Positions 1-9,126 are shown, counted from the first letter of the stretch. The stretch is 54,790 nt of DNA from Patescibacteria group bacterium (GCA_028703305.1 JAQVNC010000001.1:1-54790); one strand, 5' to 3'. Notes: generated from the letters alone by a model not told the origin. Numbers and translations: made by a program.

Positions 1-85
1 AGTAAAATAAAAGGCTAGTTTGAATTTAATCAACTAGCCTTAGTATCTATATAATAGCATTGCTTAACATAAAAGTCAACAAACC

Positions 86-358
86 CTATTCTTTGGCGGC
101 CCAATATTTTTCCGCTTCATCTTCCATTTTTTTAAGCCTGGTGTAATAATCGGCAAACTCATTTAAATGCGCCCAGGCGATTTTACCGGTCATGGCCAAA
201 TCGTCGTTGGTAACGTTAGTCTCGGCGTCCACCAAACCATGCTCCAATTCAACATGCAAACCCTGTTTAAATTCTTCGAGCTCAATTTTATCCCAATCTA
301 TCCCTATTTCATCCCCGATTTTTTTCGCTTCTTCGTTCGTAAAAAATTTTTTAGGCAT
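86..358 (-). CDS. small conserved hypothetical protein (DUF5661-like, family name recalled from memory)
   Basis: 90-aa ORF, ATG at 358; acidic helical protein with HVELEHG motif; the overlapping plus-strand ORFs look like antisense artefacts. Confidence 0.6.
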   Translation of the reverse strand: MPKKFFTNEEAKKIGDEIGIDWDKIELEEFKQGLHVELEHGLVDAETNVTNDDLAMTGKIAWAHLNEFADYYTRLKKMEDEAEKYWAAKE

Positions 359-368
359 AAATAAATTA

Positions 369-396
369 TTGACTTATTATTTAAAATATATATAAT
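369..396 (+). promoter_or_regulatory. sigma70-like promoter for ORF 462-788
   Basis: TTGACT (369-374), 16-nt spacer, TATAAT (391-396). Confidence 0.5.
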
Positions 397-461
397 ACAT
401 TAAAGCTCTTTTTTTATTTGATTACCAGCGGTCACCCCATCACCTTAATAGGAGGGAAAAC

Positions 462-788
462 ATGAAAAACGGAAGCTGGGCATTGGAATTCACTTTACGA
501 TACAAAGGTTCAACCAGTTTCGGCGAGCCGGTCGAAGGCAGCGAGGACGTCGTTATTGAAATTAGCGCCAAAGACGAACAGTCAGCCGAACAACAGGCGC
601 TTGCATTCATCAATCTTCTGAAAAACGCCGCCTCGGAAGAAAGCAGAAAGATGATAACAAACCTCTGCGGTTTACTGCCCAATTTGCTCGATGATGAAGA
701 CAGCGTTGAATTCAGCGAACCTTGCCTGGTATACTGCGCTGAAAAATCGCTGGGCATCCAGATTCCTCTAATCCCTGGCGGTGGTTGA
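462..788 (+). CDS. orphan acidic hypothetical protein
   Basis: 108-aa ORF with strong SD AGGAGGG (450-456), its own promoter and terminator; visibly GC-richer than its neighbours. Confidence 0.55.
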   Translation: MKNGSWALEFTLRYKGSTSFGEPVEGSEDVVIEISAKDEQSAEQQALAFINLLKNAASEESRKMITNLCGLLPNLLDDEDSVEFSEPCLVYCAEKSLGIQIPLIPGGG

Positions 789-810
789 TGAACATACCAG
801 CCTTCTCTCT

Positions 811-839
811 CCCGACAATCATAAACTGTCGGGTTTTTT
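811..839 (+). terminator. intrinsic terminator
   Basis: CCCGACA / TGTCGGG stem followed by a T-run. Confidence 0.6.
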
Positions 840-848
840 ATTATATAA

Positions 849-1853
849 TTATAACTTCCCCGCCAGCTGCCCGCAGGCGGCTTCAATATCCTGGCCAAAA
901 CGGTGGCGTTCGGTTGCCTCAATGCCTTGTTTATTTAAAGCCAATTTAAAATCTTTAATTCTCTTAGCCGGCGACGGCTTAAATTCGTCGGTCGGATTAT
1001 AGGCGATTAAATTAACAAAATAAAGCGGCGGGTCTATTTGTTTTAATAATTTAGCCAGTTCCAGCGCCTGCTCGCGCGAATCGTTAAAATCGTCAATCAT
1101 TAGATATTCTATCATTAACCGTCGCCCGGTTTGCTCAAGGTAACAATTAACGTCTTTAATTAAATTTTTTATGGAGTTGGCCCGATTGTAAGGAATTATT
1201 TTTGAACGTAAATCATCATTGGGCGCGTGAAGCGACAGCGCCAGGTTAAGCTGCAATTTCTCCTGGGCTAATTTTTTAATGCCGTTGATTATACCAACCG
1301 TGGAAATGGAAATATGGCGCGCGCCGATATTTAAGCCGTCTTTATCGTTTAAAACTTCAATCGCTCCCATAACATTTTCATAATTTAAAAACGGCTCGCC
1401 CATGCCCATAAAAACAATATTATTTACTTTTAAGCCCTTGCTTTTTATGTAACGGGCAAAAAATAAAACCTGGCTGACGATTTCCGTTCTGGTTAAATTT
1501 CTCTTAAAGCCCATTTTGCCGGTAGCGCAGAATACGCAGCCCAGCGAACAGCCGACCTGCGAGGAAACGCAGACGGTGTTGCGGCCGTCAAGATGATTTA
1601 ATAAAACCGTTTCAACGCTTAAGCCGTCGTCTAAATAAATTAATGCTTTTATTGAATTCTCGTCTTGGCTTTTGGTAATTTTCGTCTCAATCTCAAGCGG
1701 ACATTCCTGATTTAATCTTTGGCGAAGCTCTAGAGGGAAATTCGTGGCCTGCTCCCAATCGCTGATTAAATTTATAAACAAAGCCTGCTTAGCCTGCTTT
1801 AATCTAAATTTAGGTTCATCACGCAAAATATTTTCTAATCTTTCTAAATTCAT
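849..1853 (-). CDS. rlmN: 23S rRNA/tRNA adenine-C2 methyltransferase RlmN (radical SAM)
   Basis: 334 aa; radical-SAM CSLGCVFCATG (CxxxCxxC) motif; C-terminal IEAACGQL typical of RlmN/Cfr. Confidence 0.9.
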   Translation of the reverse strand: MNLERLENILRDEPKFRLKQAKQALFINLISDWEQATNFPLELRQRLNQECPLEIETKITKSQDENSIKALIYLDDGLSVETVLLNHLDGRNTVCVSSQVGCSLGCVFCATGKMGFKRNLTRTEIVSQVLFFARYIKSKGLKVNNIVFMGMGEPFLNYENVMGAIEVLNDKDGLNIGARHISISTVGIINGIKKLAQEKLQLNLALSLHAPNDDLRSKIIPYNRANSIKNLIKDVNCYLEQTGRRLMIEYLMIDDFNDSREQALELAKLLKQIDPPLYFVNLIAYNPTDEFKPSPAKRIKDFKLALNKQGIEATERHRFGQDIEAACGQLAGKL

Positions 1854-1873
1854 AATTTATAATTTTAATTTGC

Positions 1874-2004
1874 GTGTCGCTCTCAAATATTGTTTTTATC
1901 GCGCATATGAAATTGTAGTAATTTTTTTAAAAATCATTTTTAATGATTTTTAAAAAAATACACAAATTTCATCTAAGCGGAAAAACAATATTTGAGAGCG
2001 ACAC
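1874..2004. repeat. 131-nt near-perfect palindrome
   Basis: 24-nt arms GTGTCGCTCTCAAATATTGTTTTT (1874-1897) and its exact reverse complement (1981-2004); inner imperfect pairing and central AAAAATCATT-TTTA-ATGATTTTT. Confidence 0.85.
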
Positions 2005-2008
2005 AAGT

Positions 2009-2911
2009 CTATGGCTGAAGAATATCCTCGATTCGGCCATTAATTGAAATTACTACGTCTTTAACCGTGGAAAATTGTTTTAAAGTCTCGTTTATTTGCG
2101 CGCGAACAGCGCTGACGCGGCACGACCCGCCTACGGCGTTTTCCAACGCTTGATTAAAATCAACCTTAGCGGTTCCGTCGGCGATAGTCAATTTTTGAAC
2201 TTTTACGCCGTAATTAATATTGGTAAAGTAGCCTTGCGCTTTTTCCTGGTCAGTCGGTCCGGCTAGAAGCTGTTCCAACGCCGCTCCGGCCACGGCCGCG
2301 GTTTTTGGCGCTGGCCTTTCAACTGCAAAAACCTTATTGCAGCTTACTTCAGGATCTAAATTATTGTTGTTAAAAAAAGCTTTAACGGACATGGTCTGGC
2401 TTGGGCTTATCACCACCGGAATTTCAAACTTTTTTTCATTTTGCGACAAACCTGATGGATTGTCATTTTTAAAAACTAATTTACCGATAGTCGTGGCCGC
2501 GGCCTGATAATTTATCTCGCCCTTAAACGGTACCAAATTTTCGGTCATCCAGTCGCTTTGCGCCTGGACGTGGCTTTGGCTCAATATTTTTCCCTGACCA
2601 TCAATCAGTTCAATCGGAAAGCTGGCCTCAAAATACCAATTGCCTATGGCCAAGCCTTCTACAATTAACGGGCTGCTGATTGTTTGATTCGGTTGCGGCA
2701 TCGCCACTGAAATTTCTCCGGTCTGTTTCCGCTCGCCGCAAGCCGCGATTGGCATAGCCGCTCCGGGGTTGCCGTGCTTAACCCATTGGCCGTCTTGGCA
2801 AAGCCAAGTATCTTCCGGACCGCTTAAAAATCTTATGCCTAAAATCGCGACGGCTATAAGCAAAATAATAACTATAACTTGCCAAAATAATTTCGTTTTT
2901 AAAAATGCCAT
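2009..2911 (-). CDS. membrane-anchored Gmad2 Ig-like plus GerMN domain protein
   Basis: 300 aa; N-terminal TM helix; Gmad2-like IVEGLAIGNWYFEASFPIEL; GerMN-like C-terminus (GGSCRVSAVRAQINETLKQF). Confidence 0.7.
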   Translation of the reverse strand: MAFLKTKLFWQVIVIILLIAVAILGIRFLSGPEDTWLCQDGQWVKHGNPGAAMPIAACGERKQTGEISVAMPQPNQTISSPLIVEGLAIGNWYFEASFPIELIDGQGKILSQSHVQAQSDWMTENLVPFKGEINYQAAATTIGKLVFKNDNPSGLSQNEKKFEIPVVISPSQTMSVKAFFNNNNLDPEVSCNKVFAVERPAPKTAAVAGAALEQLLAGPTDQEKAQGYFTNINYGVKVQKLTIADGTAKVDFNQALENAVGGSCRVSAVRAQINETLKQFSTVKDVVISINGRIEDILQP

Positions 2912-3046
2912 AAATTTAATTTATGTTTTTTTAAATTTAGCTATTTTTACGGCCTGCCGATATTTAAAGCCCGAGGGCGTCCTAAAGCCCGGGTTGCCGC
3001 GCCGGCCGCCGACTTTTACGCGCGCTTGTGATTTCATAAATGTTTT

Positions 3047-3150
3047 AAAACCTTTTTTAAAAAAGGTTTTAATATTTCCAAAAAATATAAGGTATCAAGT
3101 AAAAATTTAATAGCGGGCAAAGCCCTACGGCCATTAAATTTTTACTTGAT
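3047..3150 (-). repeat. dispersed intergenic hairpin element, copy 1
   Basis: 3102-3134 is the exact reverse complement of 17183-17215 (33 nt); AT-rich arms 3094-3111 / 3133-3150; flanking blocks also similar to copy 2. Confidence 0.8.
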
Positions 3151-3152
3151 GA

Positions 3153-3434
3153 TTATTTTTTTTCTTCCTCGTCCTTGCCAAAAAGCCTGGTTAGATAAAC
3201 GGTAACAACCACTACTACCAAAGTCATGACAATGGCATAAAGAAACTTAACCCAAATTGAATCTTTATCAACCGTAAAAAAACTTTTAATCAGCGACTGG
3301 ATAGCCTCGTTCCAAGCTAAGCCGGCAACTAGGCCGAAAGCCGTAAGAATAAAGCCTAAAGTTTTTTCCTTAACCTCGCCCTTAATTTTCTTGCTTTCTT
3401 TCCTAATTTTTTCAAGCTTGTTGTTGTCTATCAT
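3153..3434 (-). CDS. small two-TM membrane protein
   Basis: ORF 3153-3470 trimmed to the internal ATG at 3434 (MIDNNKLEK...) to reduce overlap with the upstream gene. Confidence 0.5.
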   Translation of the reverse strand: MIDNNKLEKIRKESKKIKGEVKEKTLGFILTAFGLVAGLAWNEAIQSLIKSFFTVDKDSIWVKFLYAIVMTLVVVVVTVYLTRLFGKDEEEKK

Positions 3435-4689
3435 ATTTTTTATCTTTAAATAATTTAATGGCGATGGCAAAAATTAAAATCAAACAAGTAAGCCAAAATA
3501 AACCTAAAGCGAAGCCGGCCATAACGTCGCTAAACCAATGCGCCCTTAAATAAATCCTTGAAAAACCGACCGAGAGCATTAAAAATAAATTGCTGAAAAT
3601 AAATAAGCCTTTTAATAATTTATTTTTTATTTTCTCGTTGAATAAAAACATCACTAAAGAAAAAAATATTAAAGCCATAAGCGAATGCTGGCTGGGAAAA
3701 CTTAGGCCGCTTTCTAAAATTAACCCGCCCGAAGGCCTTAAACGTCCGATTAAATATTTAAAAATCGCGCCTAAAAATAAACCGCCGGCCGAACTTAAAA
3801 AAATCAAAGCGGCCTTATACCAATTCTTTTTGATTAAAAAGTAAATAGTGGCCAGCATGGCTGCGGCCAATAAAACTTCCGGGCTAAAAATATTGGTTAT
3901 TAAAACCATCAGCTTATTTAGCCAAGGCCGCCAGATTAAAATTATATTTTCATTAAACCAAAGGTCAAACCTATAAGTTGACTCTTTATCAAAATAATCT
4001 TCGGCCATTTTTGAAAAAATATAAATTGACGCGGCATTTAAGGCTAAAAACAAGCTATGTTTTTTAACAAAAACCTGCTTTCTTTTATTAAGCGCGCGGT
4101 AGCCGAAAAATATTAAAATGATTAAAATTATGGCGGCCAAAACTATCCGGCCGAAATACTTGGCCGCGCCTTGGAAACCTTCACCCACAATATAACCTAA
4201 AAGCACGGAAATAGTTGACCAGCTCACGCCGCCGATAATTGAATAAAAAATAAATTTAGTAAATTTTATCTTGTAAATGCCGGCCAGAAAAGCCACTAGC
4301 GCTCTGCTAAAGGGGCTGAAGCGCCCAATGATTAAAGCTTTACCCGTGTGCTCGGACACCATCTCTTTAGTTTTTCTATATTTTTTTTCATTTAGAAAAA
4401 AATATTTTCCGTAGCGAATAACAAAATCATAACCGAATTTACGGCCGATATAATAAGCCAATAAATCACCAATAACTACGCCAACGGCCGCCACTACCAT
4501 AACCGCTTCCAGCCTTAATATCCCGAGCTTGGCTAAAAACCCGCCTAATATAATTATGGTATGTCCGGGAATAAAAGTGCCTAAAATCGGCAAAGCTTCG
4601 GCTATGGCTGCAATGAATATAATAATATAGCCCCAATGGTCAAGCAAAGGCAAAGGCAAATTTAACAGAAAATCATTGAGATTAAACAT
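3412..4689 (-). CDS. DedA-family membrane protein fused to a PAP2 phosphatase
   Basis: N-terminal half has DedA patterns (GDLLAYYIGRKFG, IIGRFSPFSRA); C-terminal half has PAP2 motifs RLRPSGG, PSQHS, SRIYLRAHWFSDV. Confidence 0.8.
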   Translation of the reverse strand: MFNLNDFLLNLPLPLLDHWGYIIIFIAAIAEALPILGTFIPGHTIIILGGFLAKLGILRLEAVMVVAAVGVVIGDLLAYYIGRKFGYDFVIRYGKYFFLNEKKYRKTKEMVSEHTGKALIIGRFSPFSRALVAFLAGIYKIKFTKFIFYSIIGGVSWSTISVLLGYIVGEGFQGAAKYFGRIVLAAIILIILIFFGYRALNKRKQVFVKKHSLFLALNAASIYIFSKMAEDYFDKESTYRFDLWFNENIILIWRPWLNKLMVLITNIFSPEVLLAAAMLATIYFLIKKNWYKAALIFLSSAGGLFLGAIFKYLIGRLRPSGGLILESGLSFPSQHSLMALIFFSLVMFLFNEKIKNKLLKGLFIFSNLFLMLSVGFSRIYLRAHWFSDVMAGFALGLFWLTCLILIFAIAIKLFKDKKYDRQQQA

Positions 4690-4778
4690 AAATATAATAT
4701 AACATTTAAATCAACAAATGAAAAATTTAATAAAAACAACGCCGCTTTGGCGCTGTTTTATTTTTTATCCGTTTAAAT

Positions 4779-5729
4779 TTATTTTATTTGGCAAACCGCT
4801 TTTAGCGCCGCTATATCATCAGCCGTTATTTTTTCATTGCCGCTTTCATTCAATCTGTACATAATCGCTTGGGGATTATCAAGATGTTCAATGCCTAAGG
4901 CATGCCCTAACTCATGGGCTAAAACCCTAATCAATAATTCTTGGCTGTCAAATTGATAAATATTGATTCTTTCGCCGGCCGCGTCTCTTATATATTGGCC
5001 TTCTTGAAATTCACCGGAGGCGCCGGCGCCGATAGTATTGTAATCCCCCACGGTTAAATTCAATCCGCGGATCAATCTGTTTATAACGCTGGCCATAGCA
5101 TTTATATCATCAACCGTTTTATTAAGCGCCGCCTGTTTTTGCTTGATTGATTCAACCAAATTATTCAAATCTTTTCTTTCCTGCTCTAAAATAGCGTATT
5201 CTTCCGGGCTAACTCCGCCGCGCTTGTTGGCCGCTTTGGCTTCATCTTCGTAATTAGCTTTCTGTTCCTCGTAGTATTTAACTATATTATCAAGTTCGCT
5301 TTTCCGCGCATCATAGGTTTTATTAAAAATATCATATTTATTTTTTAATGTTTCGTAAGTGGCTTGGTCGTTATGGATGCTAAGGCCTAATTTTTTTAAT
5401 TTATCGGTAGCTTCCTGGCGAGAATCATAGATTAAATTAATTTTTAAAGCGCCGCTATCGGAGTAAGCAAATAATTTTTTGTTTATAGGCTCTTGCCAAA
5501 TTTCAACCGCCTGATTTACGGCTTTTAAAAAATCTTCCCGGCTTAAGCCGAATCTTTTGTCAAAATTACCGATTAAGTATTCAATCGGCTTATCGCAGGG
5601 ATTGATTATTTTAGTTAAATTTTTCTCGGCCAATCGCAAATCGCCCTCAAAATAAAACACCAAGCCGATGATTAAAGCCAGCGGAAAAACAACTTTAATT
5701 ATTTTATAAAATATTTTCATAAATGCCAC
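4779..5729 (-). CDS. membrane-anchored matrixin-like zinc metalloprotease
   Basis: HELGHALGIEH (HExxHxxGxxH) near the C-terminus; N-terminal TM anchor; coiled-coil middle. Confidence 0.75.
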   Translation of the reverse strand: MAFMKIFYKIIKVVFPLALIIGLVFYFEGDLRLAEKNLTKIINPCDKPIEYLIGNFDKRFGLSREDFLKAVNQAVEIWQEPINKKLFAYSDSGALKINLIYDSRQEATDKLKKLGLSIHNDQATYETLKNKYDIFNKTYDARKSELDNIVKYYEEQKANYEDEAKAANKRGGVSPEEYAILEQERKDLNNLVESIKQKQAALNKTVDDINAMASVINRLIRGLNLTVGDYNTIGAGASGEFQEGQYIRDAAGERINIYQFDSQELLIRVLAHELGHALGIEHLDNPQAIMYRLNESGNEKITADDIAALKAVCQIK

Positions 5730-5767
5730 TGTCGCTTTCCTTATTATAGCATATATGAAGCAGCCTC

Positions 5768-7219
5768 CTAAACTTTGCTTAAATCCAAATAATCATCAAA
5801 CTTTATTTGCTTAACGAAATCAGGCATATGGCTAACCATTATCATAGCGCCCTCGTAATTATCAATTGCCTTGGCAATTACCGGCAAATGGCGAAAATTA
5901 ATATGGTTGGTTGGTTCATCCAAGACTAAAAGCCCCGGTTGCATAATCGTTAAGCGCGCGAAAGATAATAATCCTTTTTGCCCTTCGGACAGTTCTCTTA
6001 CTTTCCTGCCCATTAAATCTCCACTGATTAAAAAACCGGCCGCGATTGAACGCATAGCCTGCGTGTCTACGCCTTCTATTAAAGCGCCGGAGAGAGAATC
6101 AAAAACCGTTTGGCTAAAATCCAAATTGGAAAAATCTTGGCTATAATAGCCAACGCGAACTTTATCTAAGATTTTCGCGTGTTCATTTTTGCTTGAGACC
6201 AGCGAGCGCAAAAACGTGCTCTTGCCCACGCCGTTCGGCCCGGTAACTAAGAGGTGCATGCGCTTACGGATTATTTTATCAGCTTCTTTTATTATTGGCT
6301 CATGATTATGAATAACCTTGACGGCGCTGATTTTAACAATCTCGCCGGCAATATCTTGAGCTTTGATATCAAATTCTCTGATAGTTTTATCTTCTTGCCT
6401 GACGTCAACCATATCTTCTTCAAGCTCGGCGGTCTCATCTTTAAGCTTCTTGGCCAGTTTGCGCATCTTGCCGCCCTTATTGGCGAAAAAATTCACTTTT
6501 TCTTTTCTGTCTATAATCTGCTTTTTAAGCTGGGCGTTTTTTCTCTGTTCGCGCTCAACCCGCTTACTAATCTCTTCAACCACGGAGAAATAATCGCCGA
6601 CGTAAGTTTCAATTTTATGGGTAAAATTATCTAAGTAAATAACGCCCTCGGTAAAACAATTTAAAAAATCCGCGTCATGCGAAATGACTATGGCGGTTTT
6701 ATTGTACATGACTAAAAATTCAATCAGATGATCAATGCCGGCCTGGTCAAGATTGTTGGTCGGCTCGTCCAGCAAAAGGATATCCGGATTTTGGATTAAG
6801 GCAAAAGCCAATAAAAGCCTGGCTTGCTGCCCGCCGGAAAGCTCGCCCACTCTACGGTCGGTCGGCACGCTTAAATTTACCACCTCTAAAACTTTGGAAA
6901 TTTTACTGGCTAAATTAGGCTGTTCCATTTCAAAAGCTTTGGCAAAATATTCTTGAACGGTTAAAGCCAAATCTTCTTGCGCCATAACTTGGCGAGCCGT
7001 CGCGATAGAGGCGCCGTTAGTTATGGAAACCCGGCCCGATTTAGGCTTTAACTCGCCCATAATCAAGGCAAACAAAGAGCTTTTGCCCGCGCCGTTTTGC
7101 CCCATTAAAGTTATTTTGGCGCTTCGGCGGACGCTAAAGCTGGCCTCATCTAAAATAGGCTTGTTATGCTCATATTCAAATGTCACTTCATCAAATCGTA
7201 AAATTACTTCTTCGGCCAT
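5768..7219 (-). CDS. ABC-F family ATPase
   Basis: Two ABC cassettes (Walker A GQNGAGKS and GPNGVGKS; signatures LSGGQ and LSEGQ) joined by a charged linker, no TM domain; start moved to ATG 7219. Confidence 0.85.
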   Translation of the reverse strand: MAEEVILRFDEVTFEYEHNKPILDEASFSVRRSAKITLMGQNGAGKSSLFALIMGELKPKSGRVSITNGASIATARQVMAQEDLALTVQEYFAKAFEMEQPNLASKISKVLEVVNLSVPTDRRVGELSGGQQARLLLAFALIQNPDILLLDEPTNNLDQAGIDHLIEFLVMYNKTAIVISHDADFLNCFTEGVIYLDNFTHKIETYVGDYFSVVEEISKRVEREQRKNAQLKKQIIDRKEKVNFFANKGGKMRKLAKKLKDETAELEEDMVDVRQEDKTIREFDIKAQDIAGEIVKISAVKVIHNHEPIIKEADKIIRKRMHLLVTGPNGVGKSTFLRSLVSSKNEHAKILDKVRVGYYSQDFSNLDFSQTVFDSLSGALIEGVDTQAMRSIAAGFLISGDLMGRKVRELSEGQKGLLSFARLTIMQPGLLVLDEPTNHINFRHLPVIAKAIDNYEGAMIMVSHMPDFVKQIKFDDYLDLSKV

Positions 7220-7285
7220 AAAAAAATAAAAAGGCGTGAATTGCGCCATTAAAGTTAATATAACATATTATTCGAAAAAGTCTAG

Positions 7286-8521
7286 CTAAAGGCCCGCGCT
7301 ATCTCCGGCCGTAAAACCCGTGCTCCAGCAAATTTGCAGATTGTAGCCGCCGGTCGGCCCGTCTAAATCAAGTATTTCTCCGGCTAAAAATAAATTCTCA
7401 TAAAGCCTTGAACGCATGGTTTTCGGGTCAACCTCTTTTATATCAACTCCACCGGCCGTAATCATGGCTTTATTAAAACCTTTAAGCTCTTTTACTTCTA
7501 AGGTAAATTCCTTGAGCGCTTTTATTAAGGCCTGGCGTTCCGGTTTAGCAATGGCATTAATTTGTTTTTTTTCATCAATGCCCGATAATTTGATAATAAC
7601 GGGCATGAGCTTGGGAGCCACCAAGCCGGCTAAATAATTTTTAAATATTTTTCTCCCGTCCTTGTGAAAATCATTTTGTAGCTTTTTTTCCAATTCAGCC
7701 GCTTCTGTTTCCGGCTTAAAATCAATTTCTATGAAAATCGGCGCCTTAAGCAATGCTCCAACCCGCTCGCTTAAATCAATTATGGCCGGCCCGCTTAAGC
7801 CGTCAGCGGTGAAAATAATATCTCCCGCGCGGCTAATGATTTTTTTATTATTTTGATAAACATTAATACCGATATTTTTTAAACTTAGGCCTTCTAAATC
7901 TTTTACAATTTTTTCTTTTAAAACTATCGGCGTTAAGGCCGGCCTAAGCGTAATAATTTTATGGCCTAAACTTTTAAGCCATTTATAGCCGTCGCCGCTT
8001 GAACCGGTTTCCGGATAAGATTTGCCGCCGGTGGTAATTATAAAATTTTTAGAAAAAATTTCTTGGCCGTTGGCCAAAATTATTTTTTCAATTTTTTTAT
8101 CTTTGGCCACGATTTTTTTGACTTCAACATTAAGCCAGACTTCAACGCCGCCTTTCTTTAAATATTTTATCAGCGACTCTCTTATATCGCCGGCCTTATC
8201 GCTTTTTGGAAAAATACGGCCCCTATCTTCTTCTTTGGCCGCGACGCCTAAGCCAACAAAAAATTCCACAGTTTTCTGGACGCCGAATTTATTAAACGCG
8301 GAAAATAAAAATTTATAATTTTTTCCATAAACGCCGACTGTTTCTTTCTTATCGGCCAGCATATTGGTAAAATTTGAGCGGCCATGGCCGGTCGCGAGCA
8401 ATTTAACTCCAAGCTGATTATTTTTTTCCACTAAAAGCACGCGCGCGCCTCGTTCGCCCGCGCGCGCGGCCGCCATCATACCGGCCGGACCGCCACCAAT
8501 TACTACAACGTCATAAACCAT
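7286..8521 (-). CDS. HI0933/BaiN-like NAD(P)/FAD-dependent oxidoreductase
   Basis: 411 aa; N-terminal VVVIGGGPAGMMAA dinucleotide fold; family-typical length and C-terminus. Confidence 0.8.
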   Translation of the reverse strand: MVYDVVVIGGGPAGMMAAARAGERGARVLLVEKNNQLGVKLLATGHGRSNFTNMLADKKETVGVYGKNYKFLFSAFNKFGVQKTVEFFVGLGVAAKEEDRGRIFPKSDKAGDIRESLIKYLKKGGVEVWLNVEVKKIVAKDKKIEKIILANGQEIFSKNFIITTGGKSYPETGSSGDGYKWLKSLGHKIITLRPALTPIVLKEKIVKDLEGLSLKNIGINVYQNNKKIISRAGDIIFTADGLSGPAIIDLSERVGALLKAPIFIEIDFKPETEAAELEKKLQNDFHKDGRKIFKNYLAGLVAPKLMPVIIKLSGIDEKKQINAIAKPERQALIKALKEFTLEVKELKGFNKAMITAGGVDIKEVDPKTMRSRLYENLFLAGEILDLDGPTGGYNLQICWSTGFTAGDSAGL

Positions 8522-8593
8522 AATTATTTTTCTGACAAATAAATTTATATAATTATCTTATCATCCCAATAGCCAAAAAACAATTTTTTCAAC

Positions 8594-8622
8594 TTGCTAA
8601 AACACAAAAAAATTTTTATACT
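8594..8622 (+). promoter_or_regulatory. sigma70-like promoter placing the TSS at or next to the greA ATG
   Basis: TTGCTA (8594-8599), 17-nt spacer, TATACT (8617-8622); only 6 nt to the ATG at 8629. Confidence 0.4.
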
Positions 8623-8628
8623 GACCAA

Positions 8629-9126
8629 ATGCAATTGCCAATCAGAAAACCAGGGAAATATACTTATCTAAAACCCGATCAGCATCTGACCGAGGCTAAA
8701 TATAATGAACTTAAAAATAAGCTCAACCGGCTTAAATTTAACCGCCCGCGGCTGGCGGAAGAAGTTAAAAAATACGCTTCAGACGGAGATTTTTCGGAAA
8801 ATGCCGCTTACCAAATCGCCAAAGGAAAACTTAGAGGCATGAACCAAAGAATCTTAGAAATAGAAGACCATCTAAAACGCGCGGTTATAATTAAGCCTAA
8901 TAAAAAAAGCGGCGTGGTCCAGCTGGGCTCAAGCGTTACCGTTGAAGCCAATGGTCGAGAAAAAACCTATTTGATATTAGGCTCATCGGAAACAAATCCG
9001 GCCAAAGGCATTATCTCCCGCAATTCGCCGATCGGCTCGGCTTTAATCGGCAGAAGACTGGGTGATCAAATAAAAATAAAATTGGCTGACAGAGAAATTG
9101 AATATAAAATTATAAAAATAGAATAA
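8629..9126 (+). CDS. greA: transcription elongation factor GreA
   Basis: 165 aa; coiled-coil N-domain with SENAAYQ motif and GreA C-domain (SPIGSALIGRRLGD). Confidence 0.9.
   Translation: MQLPIRKPGKYTYLKPDQHLTEAKYNELKNKLNRLKFNRPRLAEEVKKYASDGDFSENAAYQIAKGKLRGMNQRILEIEDHLKRAVIIKPNKKSGVVQLGSSVTVEANGREKTYLILGSSETNPAKGIISRNSPIGSALIGRRLGDQIKIKLADREIEYKIIKIE

Noticed and set aside
440-922. 160-aa minus-strand ORF
   Set aside because: It is antisense to the better-supported plus-strand ORF 462-788, which has its own promoter, SD and terminator. It also runs into the rlmN 3' end. The composition is low-complexity (Ser/Leu-rich), typical of an antisense artefact.
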